From positions 77,860-141,859 of the IMG/VR virus record IMGVR_UViG_3300028797_000096: 64,000 nt of DNA; one strand, written 5' to 3'. Below, in pieces: positions 47,832 through 55,233 of the stretch. Source of the stretch: a virus (Duplodnaviria > Heunggongvirae > Uroviricota > Caudoviricetes). Within the stretch, counting starts at the first letter, position 1. Each line of letters starts with the position of its first letter. The translations under genes and the position numbers were made by a program. The notes under the pieces were generated by a model, which did no database searches, was not told the DNA's origin, and saw only the letters and a program-made list of their open reading frames with translations.

Positions 47832-48024
47832 TTAAGTTTTACAGAAGTGTCTACTATTAGTTACGTATGAGGCTATAAAGGTAGGAATACGTATCAAAGA
47901 CAGCCTACTAATAAGCACGAAATAATTTTGGTAAGACTTATTAGAGGAAAGTTTTTCTTTTAGCATTGGCTAGAAGTATTACCTGAAAGTTAATATGAAA
48001 AAGTTATTAGCTTTCTTGGTCTAT

Positions 48025-48101
48025 GCTTGTTTAGCTCAGTTGGCTAGAGCATCTGCTTTACACGCAGAGGGTCAGGAGTTCGAGTCTCTTAACAAGCACC
48101 A
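48025..48101 (+). tRNA. tRNA-Val(UAC)
   Basis: GCTTGTT/AACAAGC acceptor, anticodon loop TTTACAC, GGAGTTCGAGTCTC T-arm, CCA. Confidence 0.85.
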
Positions 48102-48124
48102 AAAAATTTAAAAAAAGGAAATTA

Positions 48125-48616
48125 ATGAAAGCAATTTGTCCAAAATGTGGAATAGAATTTGAAAATGATACAAATCGAAAATTTTGTTCAAGAAAATGTG
48201 TAAATAGTCGTAATATTTCACAAGAAACAAAAAAGAAAATTTCAAATAAAATGAAAGCCAGATATCAAGAACCTGAATACAGAAAACAAATTTTGAATTT
48301 AAATAGAAAATTAGGTAATCATTTACATGAAGAAAAATTAAAAAGATTTGTAAAAGCAAAAAATGGGCAAATTTTAGATATTACATATGGGGAATTAGAA
48401 GAATACCAAAAAACTCATTTGGTATGTGAAATTTGTGGTAAAACTGAAATTGCTTCACATAACATAATAAAAAAGATATATCGAAATTATGTCGTGATCA
48501 TGATCATAAAACTTCTAAATTTCGTGGATTATTATGTAGTAATTGTAACAGAAAGTTAGGTTGGTTTGAAAATTTTAAAGATGAAATTTTCAAATATTTG
48601 AATAAAAAGCACCAGT
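48125..48616 (+). pseudogene. NUMOD3 + Endonuclease-VII/HNH-type homing endonuclease with frameshift
   Basis: N-terminal NUMOD3-like SQETKKKISNKMK; frame 2 reads ...LVCEICGKTEIASHNIIKK then must shift to frame 1 (DISKLCRDHDHKTSKFRGLLCSNCNRKLGWF) at the A6 run 48468-48473 to restore the CxxC...DHDH...RGLLC..CN motif. Confidence 0.6.
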
Positions 48617-48682
48617 AGTTTAATAGTAGAATGTAACCTTGCCAAGGTTAAGACCTCGGAGCATAACCGGGTTGGTGCACCA
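48609..48682 (+). tRNA. tRNA-Gly(GCC)-like, atypical arms
   Basis: GCACCAG/TTGGTGC acceptor, perfect anticodon stem TAACC/GGTTA with loop TTGCCAA, CCA; D-arm weak and T-loop AGCATAA non-canonical; overlaps the stop of the HNH pseudogene. Confidence 0.45.
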
Positions 48683-48684
48683 AT

Positions 48685-48774
48685 GGACAGATGGTAGAGT
48701 GGCTGAATACACTGGTCTTGAAAACCGGCATACCAGCAATGGTATCGGGGGTTCGAATCCCTCTCTGTCCGCCA
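48685..48774 (+). tRNA. tRNA-Ser(UGA)
   Basis: GGACAGA/TCTGTCC acceptor, loop CTTGAAA, long variable arm, GGGGTTCGAATCCC T-arm, CCA. Confidence 0.85.
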
Positions 48775-48782
48775 TTTTTTAA

Positions 48783-48872
48783 AGGAGTGGTGGTAGAGCG
48801 GTTTAATACAGCTGATTACTAATCAGCCGAAGCAGTAATGTTTCCGGGGGTTCAAATCCCTCCCACTCCGCC
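48783..48872 (+). tRNA. class II tRNA (Ser-like) with anticodon loop TTACTAA (anticodon ACU?)
   Basis: GGAGTGG/CCACTCC acceptor, GAGCGGTTTAA D-loop as in tRNA-Ser, perfect anticodon stem GCTGA/TCAGC, long variable arm, GGGGTTCAAATCCC, CCA; A at position 34 is unusual. Confidence 0.6.
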
Positions 48873-48888
48873 ATTACTTTATTAATTT

Positions 48889-48923
48889 TGGCCCTGTGGC
48901 GGAATTGGTAGACGCTGCAGACT
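48889..48923 (+). tRNA. tRNA-Leu(UAA) exon 1 (intron-interrupted)
   Basis: GGCCCTG acceptor, GGCGGAATTGGTAGACGC D-arm, GCAGA anticodon stem, loop CUU| ; intron inserted after U34 as in cyanobacterial/plastid tRNA-Leu(UAA). Confidence 0.65.
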
Positions 48924-49628
48924 TAGACGAAAATGAGTGTATCATAATTTATTGAAAAAGTAGTTCTATATCATAAGGAGTTAATCCTATGAAAAATAGA
49001 ATTACAGATCAAGAAATGATTGATATTATCATTAAGTCTCAAACAATGGCTTTAGCTGCTAAAAGATGTGGTATGGCATATACAACATTTATTAGGCATG
49101 CTAAAAGATTGGGTATTTATAAACCTAATCAAGGCGGAAAAGGTACTGAGAAAAAAAGATCTGCTAAAATATCTATAGAAGAAATTTTAGCAGGAAAGTA
49201 TCCTCAGTATCAAACATATAAATTAAAAACAAGATTAATAGATGAAGGATATAAAGAAGATAAGTGTGAGAAATGTGGGTGGTGTGAAAAATTAAAAAAT
49301 AGCAAATATACTCCATGCGAATTACATCATATCGATGGAAATCCTGAAAATCATTTATTATCTAATTTAATTATATTGTGTCCAAATTGCCATTCCTTAA
49401 CTAAATCTTATAGGTTTAGAAGAGGTAAGACTAATGAGCAACAAGGTAGGAAACTTCTCGATTGAATGCTGTCAAATTCGGTGAAAGGTTTTATAATCCT
49501 AACGCCGAGCGAAGCCTAGAAATAGGAACGTGTAGAGACTTAACGGCAGCCACCTAAGTAGAAATATATGGTGAAGACAAAGTCCAGACTACAAACAAGA
49601 AATTGGTAGTGAAAGCTATAGTAGTAAG
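48924..49628 (+). ncRNA. group I intron (Azoarcus / cyanobacterial tRNA-Leu type) carrying an HNH ORF
   Basis: 705 nt; guide GAGT pairs with exon end ACUU (U-G at splice site); core blocks TGTCAAATTCGGTGAAA and GTGTAGAGACTTAACGGCAGCCACCTAAG match the Azoarcus pre-tRNA-Ile intron recalled from memory; terminal G at 49628. Confidence 0.65.
48989..49465 (+). CDS. intron-encoded HNH homing endonuclease
   Basis: CEKCGWCEKL...CELHHIDGNPENHLLSNLIILCPNCH (HNH with two Cys pairs); lies wholly inside the tRNA-Leu group I intron; SD aaggag. Confidence 0.7.
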   Translation: MKNRITDQEMIDIIIKSQTMALAAKRCGMAYTTFIRHAKRLGIYKPNQGGKGTEKKRSAKISIEEILAGKYPQYQTYKLKTRLIDEGYKEDKCEKCGWCEKLKNSKYTPCELHHIDGNPENHLLSNLIILCPNCHSLTKSYRFRRGKTNEQQGRKLLD

Positions 49629-49682
49629 AAAATCTGTTGACAGTTAAATGTCGTACCGGTTCGATTCCGGTCAGGGCCACCA
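49629..49682 (+). tRNA. tRNA-Leu(UAA) exon 2
   Basis: AAAA-TCTGT, variable arm TGACAGTTAAATGTCGT, ACCGG-TTCGATT-CCGGT, CAGGGCC-A-CCA pairing exactly with exon 1 acceptor. Confidence 0.65.
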
Positions 49683-49694
49683 AAAAATTTATAT

Positions 49695-49770
49695 GGGGTT
49701 GTAGCTCAGTTGGTAGAGCATCTGCTTTGCAAGCAGAGAGTCGTCAGTTCGAGTCTGATCAGCTCCACCA
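49695..49770 (+). tRNA. tRNA-Ala(UGC)
   Basis: G3-U70 wobble identity pair, anticodon loop TTTGCAA, CCA. Confidence 0.8.
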
Positions 49771-49771
49771 T

Positions 49772-49848
49772 AGGAAGGTAGTTCAGATGGTTAGAATGTC
49801 GCTCTGATACAGCGAAGGTCGTGAGTTCGAATCTCACTCTTCCTACCA
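49772..49848 (+). tRNA. tRNA-Ile(GAU)
   Basis: AGGAAGG acceptor, anticodon loop CTGATAC, GTGAGTTCGAATCTCAC, CCA. Confidence 0.8.
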
Positions 49849-49856
49849 TAGTTTAT

Positions 49857-49932
49857 GCCTGCTTAGTTCAGTTGGTAGAACGACTGATTTGTAATCAGTA
49901 AGTCGGCGGTTCAAGTCCGTCAGCAGGCACCA
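49857..49932 (+). tRNA. tRNA-Thr(UGU)
   Basis: GCCTGCT/AGCAGGC acceptor, anticodon loop TTTGTAA, CCA. Confidence 0.8.
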
Positions 49933-50321
49933 GAGATTAGTAGGTAATCGTAGTATAGAGATAAAAGCCTTGAATCGTATATCCAATATATTTGAATGGA
50001 CGCCGTAGTCAGTAAAGGGACCTACTAAGTAAGAGATTTTGATAATAAAAAATAGGTTGAGCACATAGTGTTAACTCCAGGTTAGTCATGACTGCTGAGC
50101 ACAGACCGATCATGAAGTAACATACTTGAAACGATAGAGTAGGGTTACAGTTATCAAAATAGTGTTGGGGTAGAGTCTATATAATATATTAAGCATGTTT
50201 ATGCAATCCTTGGATGTTTATATTTGATTGACTCTACAACAATTTTAACCGGATATTAGTGAATGATAATTATTTATTATGCCTAATATCTATAAGTCTA
50301 AGAAAAACATAAGGAAAAAAT

Positions 50322-50747
50322 ATGTTTATTAATACAAATGGAGGTTTGATTGATACTCCAGAACGCTTAATCAATCATTTTGCATCTCTTCCTGAATATA
50401 CTGATATTCAGAAGTCTTTAATTGAAGATCATTGTGCTTGCTGTGCTAAAAGCTTTGCTAGAGGTGTTGGTAAAGTTACAAAAGAAGAGGTATGGTTTGG
50501 TGCTTTAGATGTGTTTCCATATATATCTAATAAGCATGAATTTACCAATGAAGATTTTTTAATTAAAAGATGGGGTATTGATTGGCAAAAAGCTAGGTTA
50601 AAAGAAAGACCAGATGTAGATATTGATAAATCTACTAAAAGTCAATTAGGAAAGATTTTTTACGATGCCTTATTGAGAGATAAAAACGCTATTTATAAAT
50701 GGCGTAGAGTAGAAGGCAAATATTTTGAATATTGTCGTATAAAATAG
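50322..50747 (+). CDS. hypothetical protein
   Basis: 141-aa ORF within tRNA island; CACCAK motif. Confidence 0.5.
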   Translation: MFINTNGGLIDTPERLINHFASLPEYTDIQKSLIEDHCACCAKSFARGVGKVTKEEVWFGALDVFPYISNKHEFTNEDFLIKRWGIDWQKARLKERPDVDIDKSTKSQLGKIFYDALLRDKNAIYKWRRVEGKYFEYCRIK

Positions 50748-50835
50748 TTCAAATATAAAAGGGTGGGACAATTGCTATGATGTTTTAGTAACATTATCAA
50801 TCCCACCCAATGAGTTTAAAATAAGAGGTAAAATC

Positions 50836-51108
50836 ATGTCATTTAACCGTAAACAAACACCAATTGCAACAAACGATCATTGGAATTTATATTTATTAGG
50901 ATTTTGTAAAGAAAATGTTCGTAAAGCTGTGTTAATTAATTATCTTACTAATGATGAATTATCTGCAAAAGTTAATGTAGGTGCAGATATTACTGGTAAA
51001 AATACACAATATACTGTAATTGAAGCGGTTGATGAAAAAACAAATCATTTAGTTGATTTTACTAAAACATTTGTTGTTCCGGGTAAATATGTTAAAACTC
51101 GTGGATAA
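50836..51108 (+). CDS. hypothetical protein
   Basis: 90-aa ORF, SD aagaggtaaaatcATG. Confidence 0.5.
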   Translation: MSFNRKQTPIATNDHWNLYLLGFCKENVRKAVLINYLTNDELSAKVNVGADITGKNTQYTVIEAVDEKTNHLVDFTKTFVVPGKYVKTRG

Positions 51109-51377
51109 TAAATATTAAAAGTTTTGGTCTTATAGGTCAAAGACTAAAATGACGGGGACAGCCTGAAGATAGGAGGCTGCTGCTTGGATCGGCAATATAG
51201 GGTCTCACAAAATACATAAGATTGACCTCACAGTGTTTTCACGCTGATAATCTTATGGTGAGTGTATGCAAAACCTGATTGAGTTGGTTCAAATCCAGAC
51301 AGTTAGGTAGGCAAGGTGTTGGAGCATGAACACACTTAGATGGGTTGCTCCTTATAGTTTTATAGGAAGGATATGAT

Positions 51378-51611
51378 ATGAAAGATATATGTACTGAAAT
51401 TATAAAAGAGTTAGAAAAAATGGGATATACTGCATTTCAAATAACTCCAGAGATGTCTATTCATGAAGATTTAGGTTTAGATTCATTAGATACTATTGAA
51501 TTGGTTGCTAAATTAGAAGAAAAATTTGATATTCGTATAAAAGATGATGATTTAGTAGATGTAAAAACGATTCAAGATATTGTAGATATTGCTAATAAAT
51601 ATTTAAAATGA
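51378..51611 (+). CDS. acyl carrier protein
   Basis: 77 aa acidic; phosphopantetheine attachment motif DLGLDSLDTIELVAKLEEKFDIRI. Confidence 0.8.
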   Translation: MKDICTEIIKELEKMGYTAFQITPEMSIHEDLGLDSLDTIELVAKLEEKFDIRIKDDDLVDVKTIQDIVDIANKYLK

Positions 51612-51734
51612 GAGTTTAACCGATAAAAGAAATAGTTCTATATAATATGAAAAAAATAAATGTATGTTTTTGGCCATGCTTTCCTAGTACCTTTGGAGGT
51701 AAGTGTTAATCATACTTTTATAGAAGATTAGATA

Positions 51735-51764
51735 CCTCCAGAAATAAAAAGCTGGAGGTTTTTT
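51735..51764 (+). terminator. rho-independent terminator after the ACP gene
   Basis: CCTCCAG-aaataaaaag-CTGGAGG then TTTTTT. Confidence 0.8.
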
Positions 51765-51853
51765 AATTGAGTTTGGTAGTTGTAGTATAATCAATACACT
51801 TCCCAATGGGGTAGAAGAGATGTAAGTAAAATCTTATCGATTACCACAGTTTA

Positions 51854-51931
51854 TCGGAATGTAGGATAATCTGGTTATTCCGCCTGTTTTGGGTACAGGA
51901 GACTCCCGGTTCAAATCCGGGCATTCCGACC
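51854..51931 (+). tRNA. tRNA-Pro(UGG)
   Basis: CGGAATG/CATTCCG acceptor, anticodon loop TTTGGGT, CCCGGTTCAAATCCGGG, CCA. Confidence 0.8.
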
Positions 51932-51937
51932 AGTTTT

Positions 51938-52014
51938 TGGCTGGGTAGCTCAGTTGGTAGAGCAAGGGACTGAAAATCCCTGTGTCAGTGGTTCGATCCC
52001 GCTCTCAGCCACCA
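51938..52014 (+). tRNA. tRNA-Phe(GAA)
   Basis: GCTCAGTTGGTAGAGC D-arm, anticodon loop CTGAAAA, CCA. Confidence 0.85.
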
Positions 52015-52019
52015 ATCTT

Positions 52020-52093
52020 GGCCAGGTGGCAGAATGATTATGCAGAGGACTGCAAATCCTTGTACATCGGTTTGATTCCGGTCCTGGCCTCCA
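52020..52093 (+). tRNA. tRNA-Cys(GCA)
   Basis: GGCCAGG/CCTGGCC acceptor, anticodon loop CTGCAAA, discriminator U, CCA. Confidence 0.75.
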
Positions 52094-52098
52094 AATCT

Positions 52099-52172
52099 AG
52101 GTCATTAGTTTAGTGATAAAACAAAGATCTCCAAAATCTTAGTCGGTGGTTTGATTCCATCATGACCTGCCA
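52099..52172 (+). tRNA. tRNA-Trp(CCA)
   Basis: AGGTCAT/ATGACCT acceptor, anticodon loop CTCCAAA, CCA. Confidence 0.75.
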
Positions 52173-52303
52173 TTATTTTGGAAATTTAGTTAAAAAAAGT
52201 ATTTACAAATAAAAATAAATGTATATAATATATAATATCTACTTGCTGCCATACTAGATTTCCCAGTTACCATCGTAGTAAGTACAGCAAGTAGGTAGTT
52301 TAT

Positions 52304-52380
<77 letters not shown>

Positions 52381-52571
52381 AGATTTATAAGGTCTTGAAA
52401 GTTGGTGTCAATGCTTTCTGGATTAAATTCCAAAGACCTTGCCAGTTTAAGGGTTATTGTCGTATTTAACCAATTATTTTTGCTCTTCAATAACCCTTAA
52501 TTCATTGCTTTCAAGAAGAAAACCTCGACTAAAGTTCTATTAAATATAGGATTTTTATCGGGGTATTTTTT

Positions 52572-52805
52572 ATGTCAAAAATGCAAAAAGAATCTGTTGG
52601 TTGGCATAATAATTATCACATGTATAAACTCGTTGATGGTGTAGGGCAAGAACACTACTGGGCAGAGTCGGATTATGTGGGAGAAGGTTATGTAACTGTA
52701 ACAGGGGAAAATGTCGATCAACTTAAATTAGCAATAGATGATATAAATCTCCGCATGAAAATCTTTTCTACTTTACATCGAAAATATAGAAAAAGGTGTA
52801 AGTAA
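52572..52805 (+). CDS. hypothetical protein
   Basis: 77-aa ORF. Confidence 0.45.
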   Translation: MSKMQKESVGWHNNYHMYKLVDGVGQEHYWAESDYVGEGYVTVTGENVDQLKLAIDDINLRMKIFSTLHRKYRKRCK

Positions 52806-52806
52806 T

Positions 52807-53220
52807 ATGCCTGATCCACAACCTAAAAGAAAAAGAATTGGCTTTCGGTTTAATGGTGAAGAGGATCTAGAGCCAATGAAAAATTTAAACACAGTGGAAG
52901 AAGAAGTAGAACCTAAAGAAGAAGGAAACGAAGAAGATACACAAAATAATTCAACTGTAATGTTAGAAGATTATATTCCAGGAGCTATTTATGATGGTAA
53001 TGGTAATATAGTAACATATGAATTATTTAGAGCCAAACTTAGAAAAGTAAAAGCTGAAGCAAAAAGTTTACGCAGAACATCTTTTGGAAAAACTCTTCTT
53101 TATCTATCATTAGCTGCTTCTATTGCACTATTAAGTTATGGAGTATATAATAAGTATTTAAGTAGTAATGCTAAAAAAGCTACTATTACAAATACAGTTG
53201 TAAAAGAAAGACAAAGATAA
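52807..53220 (+). CDS. membrane protein
   Basis: acidic N-terminal half, C-terminal TM LLYLSLAASIALLSYGVY. Confidence 0.5.
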   Translation: MPDPQPKRKRIGFRFNGEEDLEPMKNLNTVEEEVEPKEEGNEEDTQNNSTVMLEDYIPGAIYDGNGNIVTYELFRAKLRKVKAEAKSLRRTSFGKTLLYLSLAASIALLSYGVYNKYLSSNAKKATITNTVVKERQR

Positions 53221-53233
53221 AAAGTAGGTAATT

Positions 53234-53449
53234 ATGAATAATGGTATATCGGCATCTAAATATGCTGAAGGTATGATTTGGCCTCCTCATTTTGATTCAG
53301 GTTTAAAAAAGTGGATTTTGTCATATAAAAAAGATGGCAAAGTTTGTGTATTACAATTTGATAATCCTACACTTGCTTGTGCTACATATATAACTAAGTT
53401 TAATCAATATAAAAATAGTTACTTGCAAGATTTAAGTAAGCATAAATAA
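53234..53449 (+). CDS. hypothetical protein
   Basis: 71-aa ORF. Confidence 0.45.
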   Translation: MNNGISASKYAEGMIWPPHFDSGLKKWILSYKKDGKVCVLQFDNPTLACATYITKFNQYKNSYLQDLSKHK

Positions 53450-53463
53450 GGAAGAGTTATAAC

Positions 53464-53664
53464 ATGTATGATTTAACTACCATGAAAGCTATTATGGAAA
53501 GTGATAAATATGCTTTATACATTATAAAAGAATTATCTAAAAATAAATATGAAGGTATTCGTTTAGATAAGAAAAATAATCATCAGGTTGGTGTTTATAT
53601 AGAAAAAACTAATACTCCTAAACCTCCTTATAGAGTAATTGGATTTATTCAAAATAATAGATAA
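53464..53664 (+). CDS. hypothetical protein
   Basis: 66-aa ORF. Confidence 0.45.
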   Translation: MYDLTTMKAIMESDKYALYIIKELSKNKYEGIRLDKKNNHQVGVYIEKTNTPKPPYRVIGFIQNNR

Positions 53665-53843
53665 AAAATTAATTTAAGTAATTCGGTCATATATTATTTA
53701 TAAAGTTCTATTTAATGTAATATTGGTAGTATAGAAACGCAATATTCTTATTTAAATAGAAAACTGCATTTATAAGGAAAGAATTCTTATATCTATACTA
53801 CATGATATAAGAATTTTTTTTTATATTAGAAAGGAAAGATAAA

Positions 53844-54137
53844 ATGGCAACAAAAGTAGAATTAAACAAAACATATCATTGTCAATCTCCAGCTATTGGA
53901 AGTGGTGTTATTCAAGTAATCGGTGGTTCTGTAACTTTAAAAGGATCTAATATTACTGAATATGATACAAAGGGTAAATTAATTGTTCCAGCTTTTTCTG
54001 AATTGGTAGCAACTGGTGATACTTTAGAGGAAGGAATTCATACATTAACAGGTTTGTGTGAATGGATTGGTTTTGACGGTAGTGCTACAGAAGTTTGGAT
54101 TAAAATGGGTGTAGATCAACGTATCGAACCAAAATAA
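53844..54137 (+). CDS. small structural (tail-module) protein
   Basis: 97 aa, Gly/Thr/Val-rich, first gene of the fibre cluster. Confidence 0.45.
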   Translation: MATKVELNKTYHCQSPAIGSGVIQVIGGSVTLKGSNITEYDTKGKLIVPAFSELVATGDTLEEGIHTLTGLCEWIGFDGSATEVWIKMGVDQRIEPK

Positions 54138-54158
54138 TTATAGGAAGGAGACAATACG

Positions 54159-55205
54159 ATGAGTTTAGTATTAGGTCAAGGTTTAATTTTTAATGGATTT
54201 GGTGGCGGCGGTTCTGATCCACATAATTTAGGTTGGTATGTAGATCTAAATGCTTTAGAAACTGCCCATCCGGTTGGCACATCTGGTGATTATGCTATTT
54301 TAGGCTCAACAGATACTGTGTGGGTATGGGATGAAGATACCATAGCTTGGGTTGATACAGATACAAAAGGTCAAGTAACTACTGTTAATAACCAAACAGG
54401 TGATGTTGTTGTTCAAGAAACATTAGTATCTGGTACTAATATTAAAACAATTAACGGTAGTAATGTTTTAGGTTCAGGTAATTTAGAAATTGCATCTTAT
54501 TTAAATTTTCCTTCTAGTTGGCCAACAACTTCTGCTACTACAACTAAAGCTTTTTGTGATGTTGTAGCTGGAGATTCTACTGCTATAGAAGGTAAAATGT
54601 ATTTAGGTGAAGTTAGATGGAATGATTTACCAGCAGAGATGGTAAATGCAGAAGTTACCGTTAAAATCATGAAAGGCTCAAGTGCTTCAAATAAAGTTAT
54701 TTTACTTGAAATGACAAGCGGTAATCGTGCTCCATATAAATGGCAATATACATATTGGAATCAAGGTGGATCAGTAAGTGGTTGGATTGGCTTTCAACCT
54801 GAATTACCAAGTCAAACTGGTCAATCGGGTAAGTACTTAACAACTAATGGCAGTAGTATGTCATGGTCTACTGTTGATGCTTTGCCTTCACAATCTGGTC
54901 AATCAGGTAAATATTTAACAACCGATGGTACTACAGCAAGTTGGACAGAAGTAGATGCTTTACCTGCGCAAACTAGTCAATTGGGTAAATTTTTAACAAC
55001 TAACGGTACAGCTGCTTCTTGGTCTGGATTAGCTCTGTCAAATATTAGTGATGTTACGGCTACAACTTCAGAAGTTAATAAATTACATGGTGTAACAGTA
55101 ACAACTAATGAAATTAATTATTTAGATGGCGTTTCAAGCAATATCCAAAATCAACTAACAAATAAAGTTGTATTTAGAAAATGGACTACAACTCCTAATA
55201 ATTAA
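54159..55205 (+). CDS. tail fibre protein with three LPSQSGQSGKYLTTxG..SW repeats
   Basis: Gly-rich N-terminus; repeats LPSQTGQSGKYLTTNGSSMSWS, LPSQSGQSGKYLTTDGTTASWT, LPAQTSQLGKFLTTNGTAASWS; the motif is shared with the 60305 and 62382 proteins. Confidence 0.65.
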   Translation: MSLVLGQGLIFNGFGGGGSDPHNLGWYVDLNALETAHPVGTSGDYAILGSTDTVWVWDEDTIAWVDTDTKGQVTTVNNQTGDVVVQETLVSGTNIKTINGSNVLGSGNLEIASYLNFPSSWPTTSATTTKAFCDVVAGDSTAIEGKMYLGEVRWNDLPAEMVNAEVTVKIMKGSSASNKVILLEMTSGNRAPYKWQYTYWNQGGSVSGWIGFQPELPSQTGQSGKYLTTNGSSMSWSTVDALPSQSGQSGKYLTTDGTTASWTEVDALPAQTSQLGKFLTTNGTAASWSGLALSNISDVTATTSEVNKLHGVTVTTNEINYLDGVSSNIQNQLTNKVVFRKWTTTPNN

Positions 55206-55233
55206 TAAAATACAAAAATAAAGAGTATTAAAT

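Noticed and set aside
47640-47870. 76-aa ORF in ORF track
   Set aside because: Lies entirely over tRNA-Asn, tRNA-Glu and tRNA-Gln; spurious
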